Assembly: GCA_018985225.1 (NCBI GenBank)
Contig: JADGIF010000378.1
Coordinates: forward strand, 1 to 9,674
Direction: 5' to 3'
Source of the DNA: Amoeboradix gromovi X-113
Taxonomy: Eukaryota; Fungi; Sanchytriomycota
Length of the DNA stretch: 9,674 nt
Below the pieces are notes generated by a model that saw nothing but the letters and a program-made list of their open reading frames with translations, did no database searches and was not told the origin of the DNA. Each line of letters begins with the position of its first letter. The stretch's first letter is position 1. This document shows positions 7,743 through 9,674 of the stretch, one piece after another. The position numbers and the translations under genes were made by a program.

Positions 7743-9065
7743 ATGTTTTACTTGATTTCTCTAGCTGCATCTCATCAATTAAATGCTCAACTAAGTGGTA
7801 ACAAAATTGCAGTAATTGGTGGTGGTGCTGCAGGAACCTCCTTTGCATATCATCTTAGTGAGATAGTAAATCATTCACCTAAGGTTAAGATTGACTTATT
7901 TGAGGCCAACAATAAGATAGGCGGTCGCGTGGATTCTATATTAGTACCGTTTGAGAACAACACTATTGTGGTTGATTTTGGCGCTTCAATATTTGTTGAT
8001 TCCAATCCTATTATGTACAACGCTAGCAAAAGATTTCAATTGTCGTTTCTTGAAGGCGGTAGCTCTTCATTCGGATTTTATGATGGCAGCAACTTCACAT
8101 TTGAGTCTTCAAGGTATTCTTGGCTCACTAAATTAAGAATGGCTTGGAGATATGGTTTGTCGCTTATTAAAGGTCCTAAGCTCGGCGATGAGGCAGCCGC
8201 CAGATATTCCAGGATATATGACCAGGAAACATTCCACACTATTGATGGATTGATCGATGCTTTAAACCTATGGGATACTTTAAATTCAACTGCTAGATCT
8301 TATTTACATGATTTAAACCCTGATTATCTCAATGAAGTTGCAGACGTTACATCTCTAGTTAATTACGGTAGGAATATTGATCAAATACACTCTTTAGGCT
8401 GCTTAGTCGGTATGCTTAGCGACAACTCTTACACAATTAATGGTGGTAATGATTTGATATTCAGAAATTTCGCAAACCATTCTTCTGCTAGCATTAATTA
8501 TAAATCCAAAGTAACTAAGATAATGGCTAGTAATAACACATACTCTCTGGTTATTAACAACACGGTCCACTCAGGATATGATTTTGTTGTTCTAGCAGGT
8601 GGACTGCTTGATCAGAGCAATCTGGAACTCGACTTCAAGACTTCTTATATCCCAGATGTTGAGTATTATAGAATATATGTGACAGTAGTTGTTGGTCTCA
8701 TCAACCCAGCATTCTTCAATAAAAAAGATGTGGTGGATTCAATTTACTGTACTAGAGACAATTGCCCATTCACTAGTATATCTCTTATTCGAAAAGGCAA
8801 AGTGAATAATGTATACAAGATGTTCTCGCCTACCTATTTAAGTAGCCACTTAAAATCTCAGATATTTTTAAATGTGGATCAAATGATTGAGAAATCGTAC
8901 TACAGCTACCCAAAATTGCACCCAAATCCAGAAATTATAAATATCGAGATATCTAAAAATTTGTTCTATTCATCGAGTTTTGAGCCGATTTTAAGTACAA
9001 TGGAGACAGCAGCAGTCAGCGGAAAAAATATTGCAAAGATCATAAGTCAGAGGTTAAAACTATAA
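7743..9065 (+). CDS. Prenylcysteine oxidase/lyase (PCYOX1/farnesylcysteine lyase family), FAD-dependent, 440 aa
   Basis: Short hydrophobic leader, Rossmann motif KIAVIGGGAAG, FEANNKIGGRV, DFGASIFV, VNYG, GGNDLIF, YKMFS, YSYPKL and the family C-terminus FEPILSTMETAAVSGKNIA. Confidence 0.9.
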   Translation: MFYLISLAASHQLNAQLSGNKIAVIGGGAAGTSFAYHLSEIVNHSPKVKIDLFEANNKIGGRVDSILVPFENNTIVVDFGASIFVDSNPIMYNASKRFQLSFLEGGSSSFGFYDGSNFTFESSRYSWLTKLRMAWRYGLSLIKGPKLGDEAAARYSRIYDQETFHTIDGLIDALNLWDTLNSTARSYLHDLNPDYLNEVADVTSLVNYGRNIDQIHSLGCLVGMLSDNSYTINGGNDLIFRNFANHSSASINYKSKVTKIMASNNTYSLVINNTVHSGYDFVVLAGGLLDQSNLELDFKTSYIPDVEYYRIYVTVVVGLINPAFFNKKDVVDSIYCTRDNCPFTSISLIRKGKVNNVYKMFSPTYLSSHLKSQIFLNVDQMIEKSYYSYPKLHPNPEIINIEISKNLFYSSSFEPILSTMETAAVSGKNIAKIISQRLKL

Positions 9066-9066
9066 A

Positions 9067-9078
9067 AATAAATTTATT
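9067..9078. terminator. Palindromic AATAAATTTATT: back-to-back AATAAA hexamers, one per strand (candidate bidirectional polyadenylation signal)
   Basis: Perfect 12-bp palindrome lying 1 nt from a plus-strand TAA (9063-9065) and 1 nt from a minus-strand TAA (9082-9080). Confidence 0.5.
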
Positions 9079-9079
9079 G

Positions 9080-9649
9080 TTAAAAATTACGCCTTATAGA
9101 TTTAGATTTCAAGTACTTGGAAATTATATAAGTTCCTGAATTACTATTCGCGGGCTCATATAAGGTGCAATTGCCGCCTAGTCACATAGAAGCAATCCTA
9201 CTTTGGCTCTATTGCAAAAGGTTTTACATTCTGAATATTCCTTCCCATTAGAAGTCCTGTTCTCCTGGAAGATTAGGCGTATCCATAGAAAAACAGGCAA
9301 TAACGGTTGCTGTGTCACAGCAGTTGCTAAAGTTCCGGGTACCCTTAGGCGCAATTGAATAGGAACGCATACATCAAATGTATATTTCTTGTTTCCACCT
9401 TATCTCTATTAACTTACGAACAATCACTTCCAGTATCGTTGATTCCGTCACCTGGAAATCATTAGAAATAATGCTGATCTGCCTTTCTAACGCAACTTTT
9501 TGTTCATTGGTCTGGCTCACGCAAACAAAATGAATTTTTTGAAGAATAGTTTGAAATCGAATACACGTTGTCACGATAAATGATTTGTTCAAATACTTTT
9601 ACACATTAATCACCAAAAATAGATTAATTATAAAAAGAAGAGGAAGCAT
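9080..9649 (-). pseudogene. Disrupted gene for a secreted Cys-containing protein with PAN/apple-like fragments (or a gene with several tiny introns)
   Basis: A signal-peptide-like MLPLLFIINLFLVINV starts at ATG 9649. Fragments in different frames read FPGDGINDTGSDCS, YSECKTFCNRAK, DCFYVT and GGNCTLYEPANSNSGTYIISKY...RRNF*. The last fragment ends in TAA plus AATAAA. Multiple stops and frame changes interrupt it. Confidence 0.35.
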
Positions 9650-9674
9650 TTGAAGCAGGGCTCCTAGAAGATCA

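Noticed and set aside
5452-8136. ORFs 5452-5652, 6319-6522, 7132-7371, 7507-7755 and 7951-8136
   Set aside because: Antisense or alternate-frame ORFs lying within or overlapping longer supported genes, mostly with non-ATG starts.
1-9674. Prokaryotic operon, CRISPR array or intact mobile element
   Set aside because: The genes are eukaryote-specific (RPN10, UTP18, PCI, PPR) with a spliceosomal intron. No repeat-spacer array, terminal repeats or transposase was seen.

Overview
An AT-rich, extremely gene-dense eukaryotic window, fungal-like on protein sequence and read in the standard code. Seven complete genes are separated by only 21-118 bp: chorismate synthase ARO2 (+), a divergent PCI-domain protein of the PCID2/Csn12/Thp1 type (+), an N-terminally reduced UTP18 (+), an orphan signal-peptide protein (+), proteasome subunit RPN10 (-), an 805-aa probably mitochondrial PPR-like protein (-) and a prenylcysteine oxidase (+). 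Both ends of the window hold partial or disrupted ORFs. The strongest signal is that RPN10 is split by a 19-nt GT-AG intron (4741-4759, minus strand); removing it exactly restores the conserved 'NSHLV' junction, implying spliceosomal splicing at nucleomorph/ciliate-like intron sizes in a fungal-like genome. Two further compaction features accompany it: every complete gene ends in TAA with AATAAA overlapping or within about 6 nt of the stop, and two divergent start codons are only 27 bp apart. The lineage, possibly an early-diverging compact-genome fungus or relative, is inference only.
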